From assembly GCA_963667845.2 (NCBI GenBank), contig CAXXVL010000002.1, forward strand, positions 3,200,001 to 3,264,000: a stretch of 64,000 nucleotides of DNA, read 5' to 3'. The notes beneath the pieces were generated by a model. That model ran no database searches, was not told the DNA's origin, and worked only from the letters and a program-made list of their open reading frames with translations. The DNA comes from Smithellaceae bacterium (GTDB lineage: Bacteria; Desulfobacterota; Syntrophia; Syntrophales; Smithellaceae). Position numbers and translations under genes: made by a program. Positions 54,425 through 64,000 of the stretch are shown here, in pieces (within the stretch, counting starts at the first letter, position 1; each line of letters begins with the position of its first letter).

Positions 54425-55720
54425 TCAAGATCCAAACACTCTGTTGAAGATAAAATCCAGGTTCTTCAGGAAATTATTAACGTTGAAAATCTGATCCAGG
54501 TCTTTTTCGCTCAGAGACTTCGTGACTGTTTCATCCTGCGATAGTAGTTTTCTAAATTCGATTCCTTCGTTCCATGACTGCATTGCATTCTTCTGCACAA
54601 CGGCATAAGCGTCTTCGCGCGTCGTTCCCTTTTCGATAAGGGACAGCAGGACCATTTGCGAAAAGATAACGCCGTGTGTCATATTGAGGTTAGCGATCAT
54701 CCGCTGGGGATAAACAACCAGCTTATCCATGAGTCCGGTGAAGCGCCCCAGCATAAAGTCCAGAAGGATTGTAGCGTCCGGTCCGATGACGCGTTCCACA
54801 GAGGAATGGCTGATATCACGCTCATGCCAAAGGGCAACGTCTTCCAGGGCCGCGACGGCATAGGAACGCACCAGTCTCGCCAACCCGGAAATATTCTCCG
54901 AAAGCACCGGATTGCGCTTATGCGGCATCGCGGAGGACCCCTTTTGTCCCGGTGAAAAATACTCCTCCACTTCGCGAACTTCCGTTCTTTGCAGCAGGCG
55001 GACTTCCTGCGCAAACTTATCCAGCGAGGAAGCGATGATGGCCAGAGTGGTGAAAAATTCCGCATGCCGGTCGCGCTGCACAATTTGCGATGATACGGGC
55101 GCAGGCTTCAGACCGAGCGTTTCACAAACATGCTCTTCAACAAACGGTTCGATAAAGGAAAAAGTACCCACGGCTCCGGCAATTTTGCCGTAGCTTACCG
55201 TTTCCTTCGCACGAACCAGGCGCGCCCGATTGCGTTCCATTTCCTGATACCAGAGCGCCATTTTCAACCCGAAGGTAATCGGTTCGGCATGAATGCCGTG
55301 TGAACGGCCTATCATCAGCGTGTTCTTATGTTCAAAGGCCCTTCTTTTCAGAACCTGGAGAAGCAGATCCATATCGTCTTGCAGAATCTCGGCCGCTTCC
55401 TTGAGCTGCACAGCCAATGCCGTGTCCAGAACATCCGAAGAGGTAAGTCCCATGTGAATGAACCGGCCGTCCTCACCGATCTTTTCCGTGAGGGAGGAAA
55501 CAAAGGCGATCACGTCATGCTTCGTTATTTTCTCAATTTCGTCAATCCGGTCCACGTTAATGGCTGCCTTGGCCTTGATGGTTTTCAAGGCCTCGGCCGG
55601 GACCTTGCCCAGCGTAACCATCGCCTCGCACGCCGCCACTTCCACGTCGAGCCATTTCTGATACTTGTTCTTCTGGCTCCAGATCGCCGTCATTTTTTCT
55701 CTTGAATATCTCGGAATCAC
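54425..55720 (-). CDS. purB: adenylosuccinate lyase
   Basis: MIPRYSR, HDVIAF, GSSAMPHKRNP, WHERDISHSS. Confidence 0.97.
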   Translation of the reverse strand: MIPRYSREKMTAIWSQKNKYQKWLDVEVAACEAMVTLGKVPAEALKTIKAKAAINVDRIDEIEKITKHDVIAFVSSLTEKIGEDGRFIHMGLTSSDVLDTALAVQLKEAAEILQDDMDLLLQVLKRRAFEHKNTLMIGRSHGIHAEPITFGLKMALWYQEMERNRARLVRAKETVSYGKIAGAVGTFSFIEPFVEEHVCETLGLKPAPVSSQIVQRDRHAEFFTTLAIIASSLDKFAQEVRLLQRTEVREVEEYFSPGQKGSSAMPHKRNPVLSENISGLARLVRSYAVAALEDVALWHERDISHSSVERVIGPDATILLDFMLGRFTGLMDKLVVYPQRMIANLNMTHGVIFSQMVLLSLIEKGTTREDAYAVVQKNAMQSWNEGIEFRKLLSQDETVTKSLSEKDLDQIFNVNNFLKNLDFIFNRVFGS

Positions 55721-55749
55721 CGTTTTCTCCCGTCAATTTTTGTCATGAT

Positions 55750-56931
55750 CTACTTGACTGCATTTTTCAGTGTTTTCGCCATATCCGTTTTTTCCCAACG
55801 ATAGTCGTCCATAAAAAAAGTCCGCGGAATTCTGCGATAAATGCTGCCGTCCAGCAAATTGAATTTCTCGATCATGCCTTCCGGAGTCAAATCGAAATAC
55901 TCTTCGATGATTTTTTCCAGCCGTTCATCCGAAATTTTTCCGGTTCCGAACGTGTTGACATAGATGGAAAACGGCCTGGCAATGCCGATTGCGTATGCCA
56001 ATTGAACGGAACATTTACAGGCCAGCCCCGCCGCAACGATGTTTTTCGCAACATACCGCGCGCCAAAAGCCGCGGAGCAATCTACTTTTTCCGGCGTCTT
56101 ATTGACGACTGCGCCTCCGCCCAGTTGAGCGCCCGGATACCCGCCGTAAAACTGCACAACGAGTTTACGTCCCGTTACACCGGAATCCGCAGCGCTGCAG
56201 GAATTAATGGCATTCCATTCTCCCGTCGGGTTAAATAAAAATTCAGTTTTCTTATCAACAAAATCTTTCAGGCAATCAAAAGCAATTTTTTTGGCGCGAT
56301 CGCGCACCTTTAAACGGTTCCCTTTTACATAACGGTAGTCAATCGAGTTGGACATCAGCACCTTGGCCAGGCGCCTTGGTTTGCCGGTTTTCGCGTCGTA
56401 GTCCACCGAGACCTGCCCCTTCCCGTCCGGTGCAAAAATCGGATCCTGACAGTATTCAAAGGCCCGCATCAATTTATTCACCAGAACGTAAGGCAACGGG
56501 AGGAGTTCCGGCGTTTCGTTGCAGGCAAAACCATACATGATGCCCTGGTCGCCCGCCCCGATTTCCCGATCCTTGTTCAGAAGACAGCTTGTACCCTGAT
56601 TGATATCCTCCGACTGAGGAATAATCGCATTCAACACGCCCATCAAATGACCATTAAGGCCCACAGCCGCATGGTTGTATCCAAGTTCGATGACGGAGTC
56701 TCTGGCAATTTTATCGACGTCAACATAGACCCGCGTTCTCACCTCACCACCAACCAGACATATCCCTTTGCCCAGAAATACCTCAATGCCGCAATGCGGC
56801 ATGTTTGCCAGTGTGAGTTTTTGCTTCTTTTCCTCATCGAGGATAGCCGCAATGATATTAGCCGCAACAGTATCCGCAACCAGATCAGGATGGCCGACTT
56901 TTACACTTTCCGATGAAATCTGCATAGACAT
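55750..56931 (-). CDS. metK: S-adenosylmethionine synthetase (divergent)
   Basis: SESV..GHPD, GAGDQG, PDGK, TGRK, KVD. Confidence 0.9.
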   Translation of the reverse strand: MSMQISSESVKVGHPDLVADTVAANIIAAILDEEKKQKLTLANMPHCGIEVFLGKGICLVGGEVRTRVYVDVDKIARDSVIELGYNHAAVGLNGHLMGVLNAIIPQSEDINQGTSCLLNKDREIGAGDQGIMYGFACNETPELLPLPYVLVNKLMRAFEYCQDPIFAPDGKGQVSVDYDAKTGKPRRLAKVLMSNSIDYRYVKGNRLKVRDRAKKIAFDCLKDFVDKKTEFLFNPTGEWNAINSCSAADSGVTGRKLVVQFYGGYPGAQLGGGAVVNKTPEKVDCSAAFGARYVAKNIVAAGLACKCSVQLAYAIGIARPFSIYVNTFGTGKISDERLEKIIEEYFDLTPEGMIEKFNLLDGSIYRRIPRTFFMDDYRWEKTDMAKTLKNAVK

Positions 56932-56968
56932 TTCTCCTTACAGAAATTTTTGTGCGGGTTCGATACCC

Positions 56969-56996
56969 AAAAAAAAACCGCGCCAAAGCACGGGTT
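56969..56996 (-). terminator. intrinsic terminator in metK leader
   Basis: Minus strand CCGUGC-UUUG-GCGCGG followed by U9. Confidence 0.75.
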
Positions 56997-57017
56997 CAAT
57001 TGAATGATTGATTTTCA

Positions 57018-57070
57018 GTGCTTTAGCACATTTATAGAGCGGAGCAATTTACTTTAAATCACCGCTTGAC
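57018..57070 (-). ncRNA. SAM-II-like riboswitch aptamer upstream of metK
   Basis: Minus strand AGCGG-UGAUUU-AAAGUAAA-UUGCU-CCGCU-CUA-UAAAUG-UGCUAAAG follows the SAM-II layout (P1, UGAUUU, UUGC, AAAU..GCUAAA). Confidence 0.8.
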
Positions 57071-57204
57071 ATGCAACATACCATACAACCGCATAAAATC
57101 AAGAAAAATTTCTTCAAGAAAGTCCGCACACCGTGAGCTTTGAGCAATCTCAAGGGTCCATTAGCGCGACCATGTCCAAAAGGCCGTTCGCACGTTGTAT
57201 TTTT

Positions 57205-58782
57205 TTATATGTCTATCTGCTGCGCTAACAATTCCTTCGCAGCATAATCCATGTAAATTTTTTCTTTGACGAAAATCTCATATATATTTGCATCGATATG
57301 TTGATCCTTGACCATGAACTCCAGGATTGCCAAAGCTTCCCCAAGCGTCTTGCCTTTTTTGTAAGGCCGGTCTTTGGCTGTTAGCGCTTCAAAAATATCC
57401 GCTAATGCGATAATGCGTGACTGTAAAGGAAACTGATCGCCTTTCAGCCCCAAAGGGTACCCGCTCCCGTCGACCCTTTCATGATGTCCTGCAGCGTATT
57501 CAGCTATTTTCTTAAATTTTTTGGGAAACGGCAACTTGGCCAGCATTTTGTAAGTAATTGCGGCGTGATTATTGATAATACTTCTTTCTTCATCATTGAG
57601 GGTCCCGCGCCGGATGCTCAAATTGTAAATCTCATCTTCCGTGAGAAGCGGCATCGTCTGCATCGATGTACTCCACTTCCGCTTTGCAATCTGCTTAATC
57701 CGCTCAATCATATGATCCTGGATAAATTCGTTTCCGCTATTCACCTGCACCAGAAACTGATACTCATCGTCCAGAACTCTGAGCTCCCCTTCAATGTCCC
57801 GGGATGGATGACGATCCGGACTTTTTGCATTCTGGATCGCCATTTGATGCTCCCGTTTGAGCCATTCGAACCGCACTTTGACATCTTCGATGCGGTCATG
57901 GATCGTCTCCAATTTTGTTGACTTATCGACGACGTGCTCGGGAGTGGTAATTTTCCCGATGTCGTGCAGCCACGCCGCCATACGCAATTCGCGCATTTCA
58001 TCCTCGGAAAAGGACCTGGAGGCAAAATAACCGTCGGAAGCGTCATTAATCTTTTCGGCGATCCTCATGGTTAGATCAGCGACGCGCCGGACATGCCCGC
58101 CGGTATACGGGGACTTTTCATCAATGGCAATGGCAATGGATTGGATGAACGCATCGAGTAGATCTTCCAGCTCGGCGATCAGCATATTGTTCGTCAGCGC
58201 GACTGCCGCCTGGGACGCGAGAGACCAGGCCAGTTCCTGGGCCTCTCCGGAAAAAGGGATCACCTGACCCGTGCCCGGATCCGTTGCGTTGAGGAGCTGC
58301 AGGACACCGATAATGTTGTTGGCATGATCGCGCATCGGAACAACCAGCATCGATTGCGTTCGATATCCGGCATTCAGATCAAACGTCCGCGGGCCTTCGA
58401 AATTAAAACCGGGAGCATCATAGACATCGGCAATGTTGACTGTCTGACCGGTGATCGCCGCATGAGCGGAAACATTGGCATGATTGGCCTGTCCATCAGC
58501 ACCGGTCAGTTTGACGGGCGGCCAGGTTATTTTGCCGCCGGTGCCTCCCATGTTCAGTCCCAGAGATTCATTCTGGACCAGGGCAAAATGGAGTTCGCTC
58601 TCGGTCGCCGACATCAAGTAAAGCGTTCCGCCGTCAGCCCCCGTGATAATACGTGCTTCCGTTAATATTCTTTCCAGCAGACGATCAATATCTTTCTCCG
58701 CTGACAAGGCGGTGCCGATCTGCGTTAATCGCCTCAAATGATCGGCGTTAATGGAATCTCCGCTTTTTTCTTTCTCTCGCAT
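57205..58782 (-). CDS. GAF + HD-GYP domain phosphodiesterase
   Basis: GAF region (ADGGTLYL..YRTQSMLVVPM..GVLQLLN); YTGGH, HDIGK, HHERVDGSGYP, ADIFEALT. Confidence 0.9.
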   Translation of the reverse strand: MREKEKSGDSINADHLRRLTQIGTALSAEKDIDRLLERILTEARIITGADGGTLYLMSATESELHFALVQNESLGLNMGGTGGKITWPPVKLTGADGQANHANVSAHAAITGQTVNIADVYDAPGFNFEGPRTFDLNAGYRTQSMLVVPMRDHANNIIGVLQLLNATDPGTGQVIPFSGEAQELAWSLASQAAVALTNNMLIAELEDLLDAFIQSIAIAIDEKSPYTGGHVRRVADLTMRIAEKINDASDGYFASRSFSEDEMRELRMAAWLHDIGKITTPEHVVDKSTKLETIHDRIEDVKVRFEWLKREHQMAIQNAKSPDRHPSRDIEGELRVLDDEYQFLVQVNSGNEFIQDHMIERIKQIAKRKWSTSMQTMPLLTEDEIYNLSIRRGTLNDEERSIINNHAAITYKMLAKLPFPKKFKKIAEYAAGHHERVDGSGYPLGLKGDQFPLQSRIIALADIFEALTAKDRPYKKGKTLGEALAILEFMVKDQHIDANIYEIFVKEKIYMDYAAKELLAQQIDI

Positions 58783-58806
58783 GGTTCTTCTTTCTGCTTT
58801 CCTGAA

Positions 58807-59496
58807 CTAACGAATCACGATCAGCGGGATGTCTTTTTCCAGTTGCTTCTTAATATTCAATAATGCTTCGTCCGGATATGAAGTTTCCGAAAGATATTTT
58901 TTATTCAGTGTTCTGACCGGTCGAAATTTTTGTATGGCATAGCGCTTCGCACCGGCAATCTCGCGCGTTATCTCCAGAATATCCGCGCCTGACAACTTCG
59001 AAGAGACTACGGTCGTACGGAATTCATGTTCGATCCCCGACCTTAGAATAAGCCCGATGCTTTCACGGATAACATCAAAGGGTATCGCTGCCTTAATTAG
59101 ACTCGGGTACTTGGCGGCCGGTGCCTTGACATCCATGGCAATAAAATCGAGAAGCTTTTCCTGAAACAGCTGCGCGAGGACATCGGGGCGCGAGCCGTTG
59201 GAATCAAGTTTCACACAAAATCCCATCTTACGAATCCTGCCGATAAAAGGAATCAGATCTTCCTGGAGCGTCGGTTCGCCGCCCGTAATCGTCACTGCGT
59301 CGAGCTTTCCGCGCCTCGACTCCAGAAATTCGAGGATATCTTTCTCGGGCAGACACGGACGATATAACTTCTTTTCCACCAACTCCGGATTATGGCAATA
59401 CGGACAGCGGAAATTGCAGCCCTGCGTAAAAATAATAGCACTTATTTTGCCCGGATAGTCAATCAGAGAGACTTTTTGCAAACCGCCAATTTTCAT
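58807..59496 (-). CDS. nrdG: anaerobic ribonucleotide reductase activating protein (radical SAM)
   Basis: SLIDYPG, CNFRCPYCHN, TGGEPT; adjacent to nrdD. Confidence 0.93.
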   Translation of the reverse strand: MKIGGLQKVSLIDYPGKISAIIFTQGCNFRCPYCHNPELVEKKLYRPCLPEKDILEFLESRRGKLDAVTITGGEPTLQEDLIPFIGRIRKMGFCVKLDSNGSRPDVLAQLFQEKLLDFIAMDVKAPAAKYPSLIKAAIPFDVIRESIGLILRSGIEHEFRTTVVSSKLSGADILEITREIAGAKRYAIQKFRPVRTLNKKYLSETSYPDEALLNIKKQLEKDIPLIVIR

Positions 59497-59585
59497 TTCT
59501 TTTCCCTGCCATCCTTCATGACTGCAAATCTCCGGGTTCTTCTTGCCGGGACAAATGGCGCTCTTCTGAAATCATCCGTTTACGG

Positions 59586-61673
59586 TTACTGCAACCGGTA
59601 TACCTGTCGTGAATCAAATTCCTCCTGTTTGCCTTTATTCCACTGCTTGACCGGCCGCAGATATCCGACCACGCGGGAATAAACTTCACAGGCCTCCGCG
59701 CAGGTGGGACAGTTTTCCACTTCTCCTTTGATATAGCCGTGCGAGGGACACACGCTGAACGTGGGAGTAAAAGTCATATAGGGCAAGTGATAACTGGAGC
59801 ATATCTTGCGCACCAGGGCTTTGACCGCCATGGGATCGTCGACGCGTTCACCGGCAAATGTATGGAAAACCGTACCGCCGGTATAACGCGTTTGAATTTC
59901 GTCCTGCAAATCGAGGGCTTCAAAGATATCATCGGTGTAATTTACCGGCAGCTGAGTCGAGTTTGTATAGTATGGCTCGGCTGTTTTGGATTTGCCGTCG
60001 CTTGCGGAAATAATGTCCGGATACTTCACTTTATCTATCCGGGCCAGACGGTAAGATGTCCCCTCCGCCGGTGTCGATTCCAGGTTATAATTATTGCCCG
60101 TTTCTTTTTGATAGGCGATCAGCCGGGTTCTCATAAAGTCCAGCACCGCTTTTGTGAACTCCTGGCCTTCCGTCGTCGCAATGTTTGTTCCCAGCAGATT
60201 CAGACATGCTTCATTCATCCCGACCAGTCCGATTGTGGAAAAGTGATTTTTCCAGTATTCGTCAAATCTCTCTTTAACATTGCGCAGATAATATTTTGTG
60301 TAAGGATAAAGATTTCCGTCCGTAAATTTTTCCAGGACCTTTCTCTTGGTCTCCAGGCTTTCCTTGGCAATATCCATCAGCCGGCCCAGCTGCTGCATAA
60401 AGTCCTTTTTCGATTTGGCCAGATAGCCGATCCTAGGCATGTTGATCGTAATCACACCGATGGAACCGGTCAGCGGATTGGAACCGAAAAGCCCCCCGCC
60501 GCGCACCTGCAGTTCCCGGTTGTCGATCCGCAGACGGCAGCACATACTGCGGGCGTCTTCGGGATTCATATCTGAATTAATGAAATTGGAAAAATACGGC
60601 ACGCCGTACTTTGCGGTCATTTCCCACAGATCAGTCATGTTCGGGTTATCCCAGTCGAAATCTTTTGTGACGCTGTAGGTCGGGATGGGAAAGGTGAATA
60701 CTCTTCCCTTGGCGTCGCCTTCGGCCATGACCTGCAAAAATGCCTTGTTGAACAAATCAAGTTCTTCTTGAAATTCCTTATAGGTCTCTTTTTGCGGTTT
60801 ACCGCCGATAATCACGGGCTGATCAGCGTAATATTTGGGAATCGTCAGGTCGAGCGTGACGTTCGTAAACGGCGTCTGGAAACCGACCCGCGTCGGCACA
60901 TTGATGTTGAAAATAAATTCCTGAAGCGCCTGTTTGATTTCCTTGATGCTCAATCCGTCGTACCGGATAAACGGCGCCAGCAGCGTATCGAAATTGGAAA
61001 ATGCCTGCGCGCCCGCCGCTTCACCCTGCAGCGTATAGAAGAAATTGACAACCTGCCCCAGCGCACTCCGCAGATGCTTGGCCGGTTTGCTTTCGACCTT
61101 GCCCGATACGCCGCGGAATCCCTGCATCAGGACGTCATATAAATCCCAGCCCACACAATAGACGGACAGCAAACTCAAATCATGAATATGAAAATCACCA
61201 TCGGTATGCGCTTTGCGGATTTCCGGTGTGTAAATTTCATTGAGCCAGTAAACCTTGCTCACTTCAGAGGATATATAATTATTCAGCCCCTGCAGTGAAT
61301 AATCCATATTGCTGTTCTCGTTGATCTTCCAGTCGGCCTTGCTCAGATACTGATCAACGAGGTCCACTTCCATCTTATTGGTGATGTCACGCAGACGGGA
61401 GTGCTGATCGCGGTAAATGATATAGGCTTTGGCCGTCATGCGGTAGGGCGACTGCAGCAGAACTTCTTCGACGATGTCCTGAATTTCTTCAACCGATAAT
61501 ATCTTGCCATTGAAAAGCTGCTCCGCAAGATTGAGCACCTTAATGGTCAGCTTGCGCGCCTCCTTCATATCAAATTCGCCAGTGGCGGCACAAGCCTTGG
61601 CAATGGCGCTGGTGATCTTATCGGCGTTGAATTTAACTAAACGGCCATCTCTCTTTTTAATCTTTGTGTTCAT
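59586..61673 (-). CDS. nrdD: class III anaerobic ribonucleoside-triphosphate reductase with ATP-cone
   Basis: IKKRDG ATP-cone, HIHDL, YCVGW, SMCCRL, YSRVVGYLRP. Confidence 0.95.
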   Translation of the reverse strand: MNTKIKKRDGRLVKFNADKITSAIAKACAATGEFDMKEARKLTIKVLNLAEQLFNGKILSVEEIQDIVEEVLLQSPYRMTAKAYIIYRDQHSRLRDITNKMEVDLVDQYLSKADWKINENSNMDYSLQGLNNYISSEVSKVYWLNEIYTPEIRKAHTDGDFHIHDLSLLSVYCVGWDLYDVLMQGFRGVSGKVESKPAKHLRSALGQVVNFFYTLQGEAAGAQAFSNFDTLLAPFIRYDGLSIKEIKQALQEFIFNINVPTRVGFQTPFTNVTLDLTIPKYYADQPVIIGGKPQKETYKEFQEELDLFNKAFLQVMAEGDAKGRVFTFPIPTYSVTKDFDWDNPNMTDLWEMTAKYGVPYFSNFINSDMNPEDARSMCCRLRIDNRELQVRGGGLFGSNPLTGSIGVITINMPRIGYLAKSKKDFMQQLGRLMDIAKESLETKRKVLEKFTDGNLYPYTKYYLRNVKERFDEYWKNHFSTIGLVGMNEACLNLLGTNIATTEGQEFTKAVLDFMRTRLIAYQKETGNNYNLESTPAEGTSYRLARIDKVKYPDIISASDGKSKTAEPYYTNSTQLPVNYTDDIFEALDLQDEIQTRYTGGTVFHTFAGERVDDPMAVKALVRKICSSYHLPYMTFTPTFSVCPSHGYIKGEVENCPTCAEACEVYSRVVGYLRPVKQWNKGKQEEFDSRQVYRLQ

Positions 61674-61717
61674 GCGCCCCCTCCCGGCTTGATTAAAAGA
61701 AATATTGCCCCCTGAAT

Positions 61718-61765
61718 ACGCTATATATTGGGGTTTGAAGAGAATATTACCACTACATATGGGCC
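61718..61765. promoter_or_regulatory. tandem NrdR boxes upstream of nrdD
   Basis: ACGCTATATATTGGGG (61718-61733) and CCACTACATATGGGCC (61750-61765), starts 32 bp apart. Both resemble acaCwAtATaTwGtg. Confidence 0.75.
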
Positions 61766-61867
61766 TTATCAAGAAAAAACATTTTTAAATAAAATAATAA
61801 CCATCGGTCATTTTGGGGATTGCAATTTATCAATCGCAGGTTTATGAAAAGACTATGAATTTGAAGG

Positions 61868-62503
61868 ATGGCCGCTTTGATTTTTAATTTGAAGAAAATT
61901 ATGAACGTTAAGGGTTTTTTAGATGATGACGAGGCAAGGCAGCTCTATCATCTGGCTGTGGAAGTCTCCAAATCCGCCCCGTGTCTGGAAATCGGCAGCT
62001 ATTGCGGGAAATCGGCGATCTTCCTGGGATCAGGCTGCAAGGAAAATAATGCAGTATTATTTTCTGTTGATCATCACACGGGTTCGGAAGAGCAGCAACC
62101 GGGCCAGGAATACTTCGATCCTGATCTGGTGGATCAGGTAACGGGTAAAATCGATACATTGCGCTTATTCCGCAAGACCATCGCTGATTTTGATCTCGCA
62201 AACGCAGTAGTCCCGGTTATCGGCCGCTCGGAGACTGTTGGAAAATCCTGGAATACACCGCTGGGCCTCGTTTTTATTGACGGCAGTCACGCCTATGAAT
62301 CCGCATTAAACGACTACGAAACCTGGGCAAAGCACGTTGTGCCCGGCGGTTATCTGATCTTTCACGATATTTTTCCCGACCCGTCTCAGGGCGGTCAGGC
62401 GCCCTATCTTGTCTATCAAAAAGCCGTGGCATCCGGCGAATACGATGTCCTGCCGCTTTTCAAATCGCTGGGGGTATTAAGGAAGAAAGGCTGTAGCTTG
62501 TAG
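61868..62503 (+). CDS. class I SAM-dependent methyltransferase (Methyltransf_24-like)
   Basis: LEIGSYCGKS, VDHHTGSEE, FIDGSH, FHD. Start 61868 or 61901. Confidence 0.85.
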   Translation: MAALIFNLKKIMNVKGFLDDDEARQLYHLAVEVSKSAPCLEIGSYCGKSAIFLGSGCKENNAVLFSVDHHTGSEEQQPGQEYFDPDLVDQVTGKIDTLRLFRKTIADFDLANAVVPVIGRSETVGKSWNTPLGLVFIDGSHAYESALNDYETWAKHVVPGGYLIFHDIFPDPSQGGQAPYLVYQKAVASGEYDVLPLFKSLGVLRKKGCSL

Positions 62504-62514
62504 GCTCTAGTTCA

Positions 62515-62551
62515 AATGTATAGAGACGTTGTGACAACGCCTCTATACATT
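62515..62551. repeat. REP-like/terminator hairpin between convergent genes
   Basis: AATGTATAGAG-ACGTTG-TGA-CAACGC-CTCTATACATT near-perfect inverted repeat. Confidence 0.6.
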
Positions 62552-62639
62552 CGCCGTTTATGGACTATTTCCAACCGGACACGCATGCTCCGCTTTGGCC
62601 GAATATTTCCGGCTCTTCGGCGCCGCACTCAAGCGGCAC

Positions 62640-63086
62640 CTACTTTGCTTTCGTCGTCTTTGTAGCAGTCTTTGCCGGAGCTTTCGCCGCAGCCATTTCC
62701 GCTTTGATCTTATCCACCGCCTGCAAACCCTCAACGCGGAGAGAACTTTGCGGATAGGCTTTCAGAAATTCCTGAAACAACTTGAGAGCCTCCTCATTGT
62801 TACCCTTAACTTTTGTGTCCAGTGCAATTTTGAACTTCTGAAGCTCCTCTTCCGGGACGGACGGAGACTTGTCTTTCCCTTTCCAATACATATTATCTGC
62901 CGACTCGTTCTTTGCGCCTCTGACGCCGCCGACTGCCGTTGTAACACCTGATTTTTTAGCAGGCGTTACTTTCTCCAGCTTCCCTTGAAGATTATCCCAA
63001 AAACTGTCTTTCCCCGCGCCCTGGGCTCCGTTTGCGAGAACGAATACCAGCAGCGTGCCAAGCATCAGCAATGTTTTTGTTTTCAT
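62640..63086 (-). CDS. exported hypothetical protein with TPR-like helix pair
   Basis: Signal peptide; AVGGVRGA motif; EALKLFQEFLKAYPQS. Confidence 0.7.
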   Translation of the reverse strand: MKTKTLLMLGTLLVFVLANGAQGAGKDSFWDNLQGKLEKVTPAKKSGVTTAVGGVRGAKNESADNMYWKGKDKSPSVPEEELQKFKIALDTKVKGNNEEALKLFQEFLKAYPQSSLRVEGLQAVDKIKAEMAAAKAPAKTATKTTKAK

Positions 63087-63125
63087 GCCTGTCTCCTTTT
63101 CTTTGTTCTGTCTGATGATCCCTGA

Positions 63126-64000
63126 TTATATACTTCCCAGCAATTCCATGGCCAGTGTCTGGTGCTTTCTGGCAATTTGATCATCTTTCTCAACCGCCCT
63201 TCGAAAGATCTGTGCAGCCTTGTCCCTTTTGTTGAGTTTGAGATAGCACAGCGAGAGATTGACTAAAATGTACGGATCGGCGGGATCGAGTTCGGCCGCC
63301 TTTTCATATGATTTTCGTGCGTCGTTAAATCTCCCTTTCAGATACTGGAGATTGCCGATGTTGTTTTTAATCTCGGCATTGTTTGGTGTAAGCTTGTCCG
63401 CCTTCTCAAAAAAGGACTGCGCCTTCTCCAATTCTCCGGCTTCGCCGTAAATAATTCCCAATTGAATGAACGCATGAGCGTCTTCCGGATACTTCGTTGC
63501 AGCTAGATAATAACGATTGCTGGTGTGCTTGAGCCAGATTCTATGGAGCTTTGCAATTTCGTCGCCATAGCGTTTACTCACTTCGGATTTGGCTTTCACC
63601 TGAACCCGCCAGTCTGAAAAAGGAAGCGTCGCCGGCTTATATCTGTCCCAGGCCCTGGCAAGATCCGTCAACTCCAGGCCTTTCTTCTTCCACTCATAAT
63701 AGGTCTTACTCCCTGTTTCCCATGCCTTCATAAAGGTGGAACCGACCAGCGTCAACTCGACAGGCGCCCAGATCGTTCCTTCATGAACGACCAGCAGACC
63801 GTTCATTGTGGAATCACCCAGATCACTCGCCTCGCCTAATGCAAACATCATGAAGAGATGATCGGGAGTTCCGAGAACCATGGTACGGATACCCAAACCC
63901 TCAAGGGCCGCCGTATAGAGGACAACCAGATCGGTGCAAACGCCGGAATTCCTTTTCAGCGTTTCGCGGGGGTACTGGACATAATCCACGATGCTGGTTT
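63126..64000 (-). CDS. transglutaminase-like + TPR protein, C-terminal part (5' end outside window)
   Basis: YVQYPRETL..GVCTDLVVLY..DHLF..PVE putative Cys-His-acid triad, followed by TPR repeats. Confidence 0.75.
   Translation of the reverse strand, partial: TSIVDYVQYPRETLKRNSGVCTDLVVLYTAALEGLGIRTMVLGTPDHLFMMFALGEASDLGDSTMNGLLVVHEGTIWAPVELTLVGSTFMKAWETGSKTYYEWKKKGLELTDLARAWDRYKPATLPFSDWRVQVKAKSEVSKRYGDEIAKLHRIWLKHTSNRYYLAATKYPEDAHAFIQLGIIYGEAGELEKAQSFFEKADKLTPNNAEIKNNIGNLQYLKGRFNDARKSYEKAAELDPADPYILVNLSLCYLKLNKRDKAAQIFRRAVEKDDQIARKHQTLAMELLGSI

Noticed and set aside
59739..60575. 278-aa ORF opposite nrdD (and similar ORFs opposite argD and hslU)
   Set aside because: Antisense shadows of conserved genes.

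Overview
Chromosomal window from an anaerobic Deltaproteobacteria-type bacterium. The gene set and order suggest Syntrophales/Smithella, but this is inference. 0-16.4 kb is a mosaic surface-glycan cluster: a WbpB/WbpD-like fusion, a wHTH-nucleotidyltransferase regulator with an operator, an RfbC/C-methyltransferase/reductase/CmcI branched-sugar cassette, Wzx, GT2/GT4 enzymes, methyltransferases and an IS3 remnant. 16.7-33.6 kb holds two tandem TMTC-like (GT-C plus TPR) transferases converging on two paralogous type IV pilins, a membrane-anchored receiver-less sigma54 activator, and an MSHA-like pilus machine. In that machine the secretin, pilO and a pilM-pilN fusion carry four single-base indels. 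33.7-64 kb is housekeeping: L,D-transpeptidase, tRNA-Gly/Cys, pgsA, tal, folK, dapAB, argBDFGH, hslUV, xerC, miaB, rsmA, tsaD, nadB, purB, a divergent metK, an HD-GYP protein and nrdDG with NrdR boxes. The best candidates for new biology are a TMTC-type pilin glycosylation system, a one-component membrane sigma54 activator with visible promoters and enhancer, and a SAM-II-like riboswitch wired to a terminator/antiterminator. All calls come from reading motifs by eye; no database searches were run.
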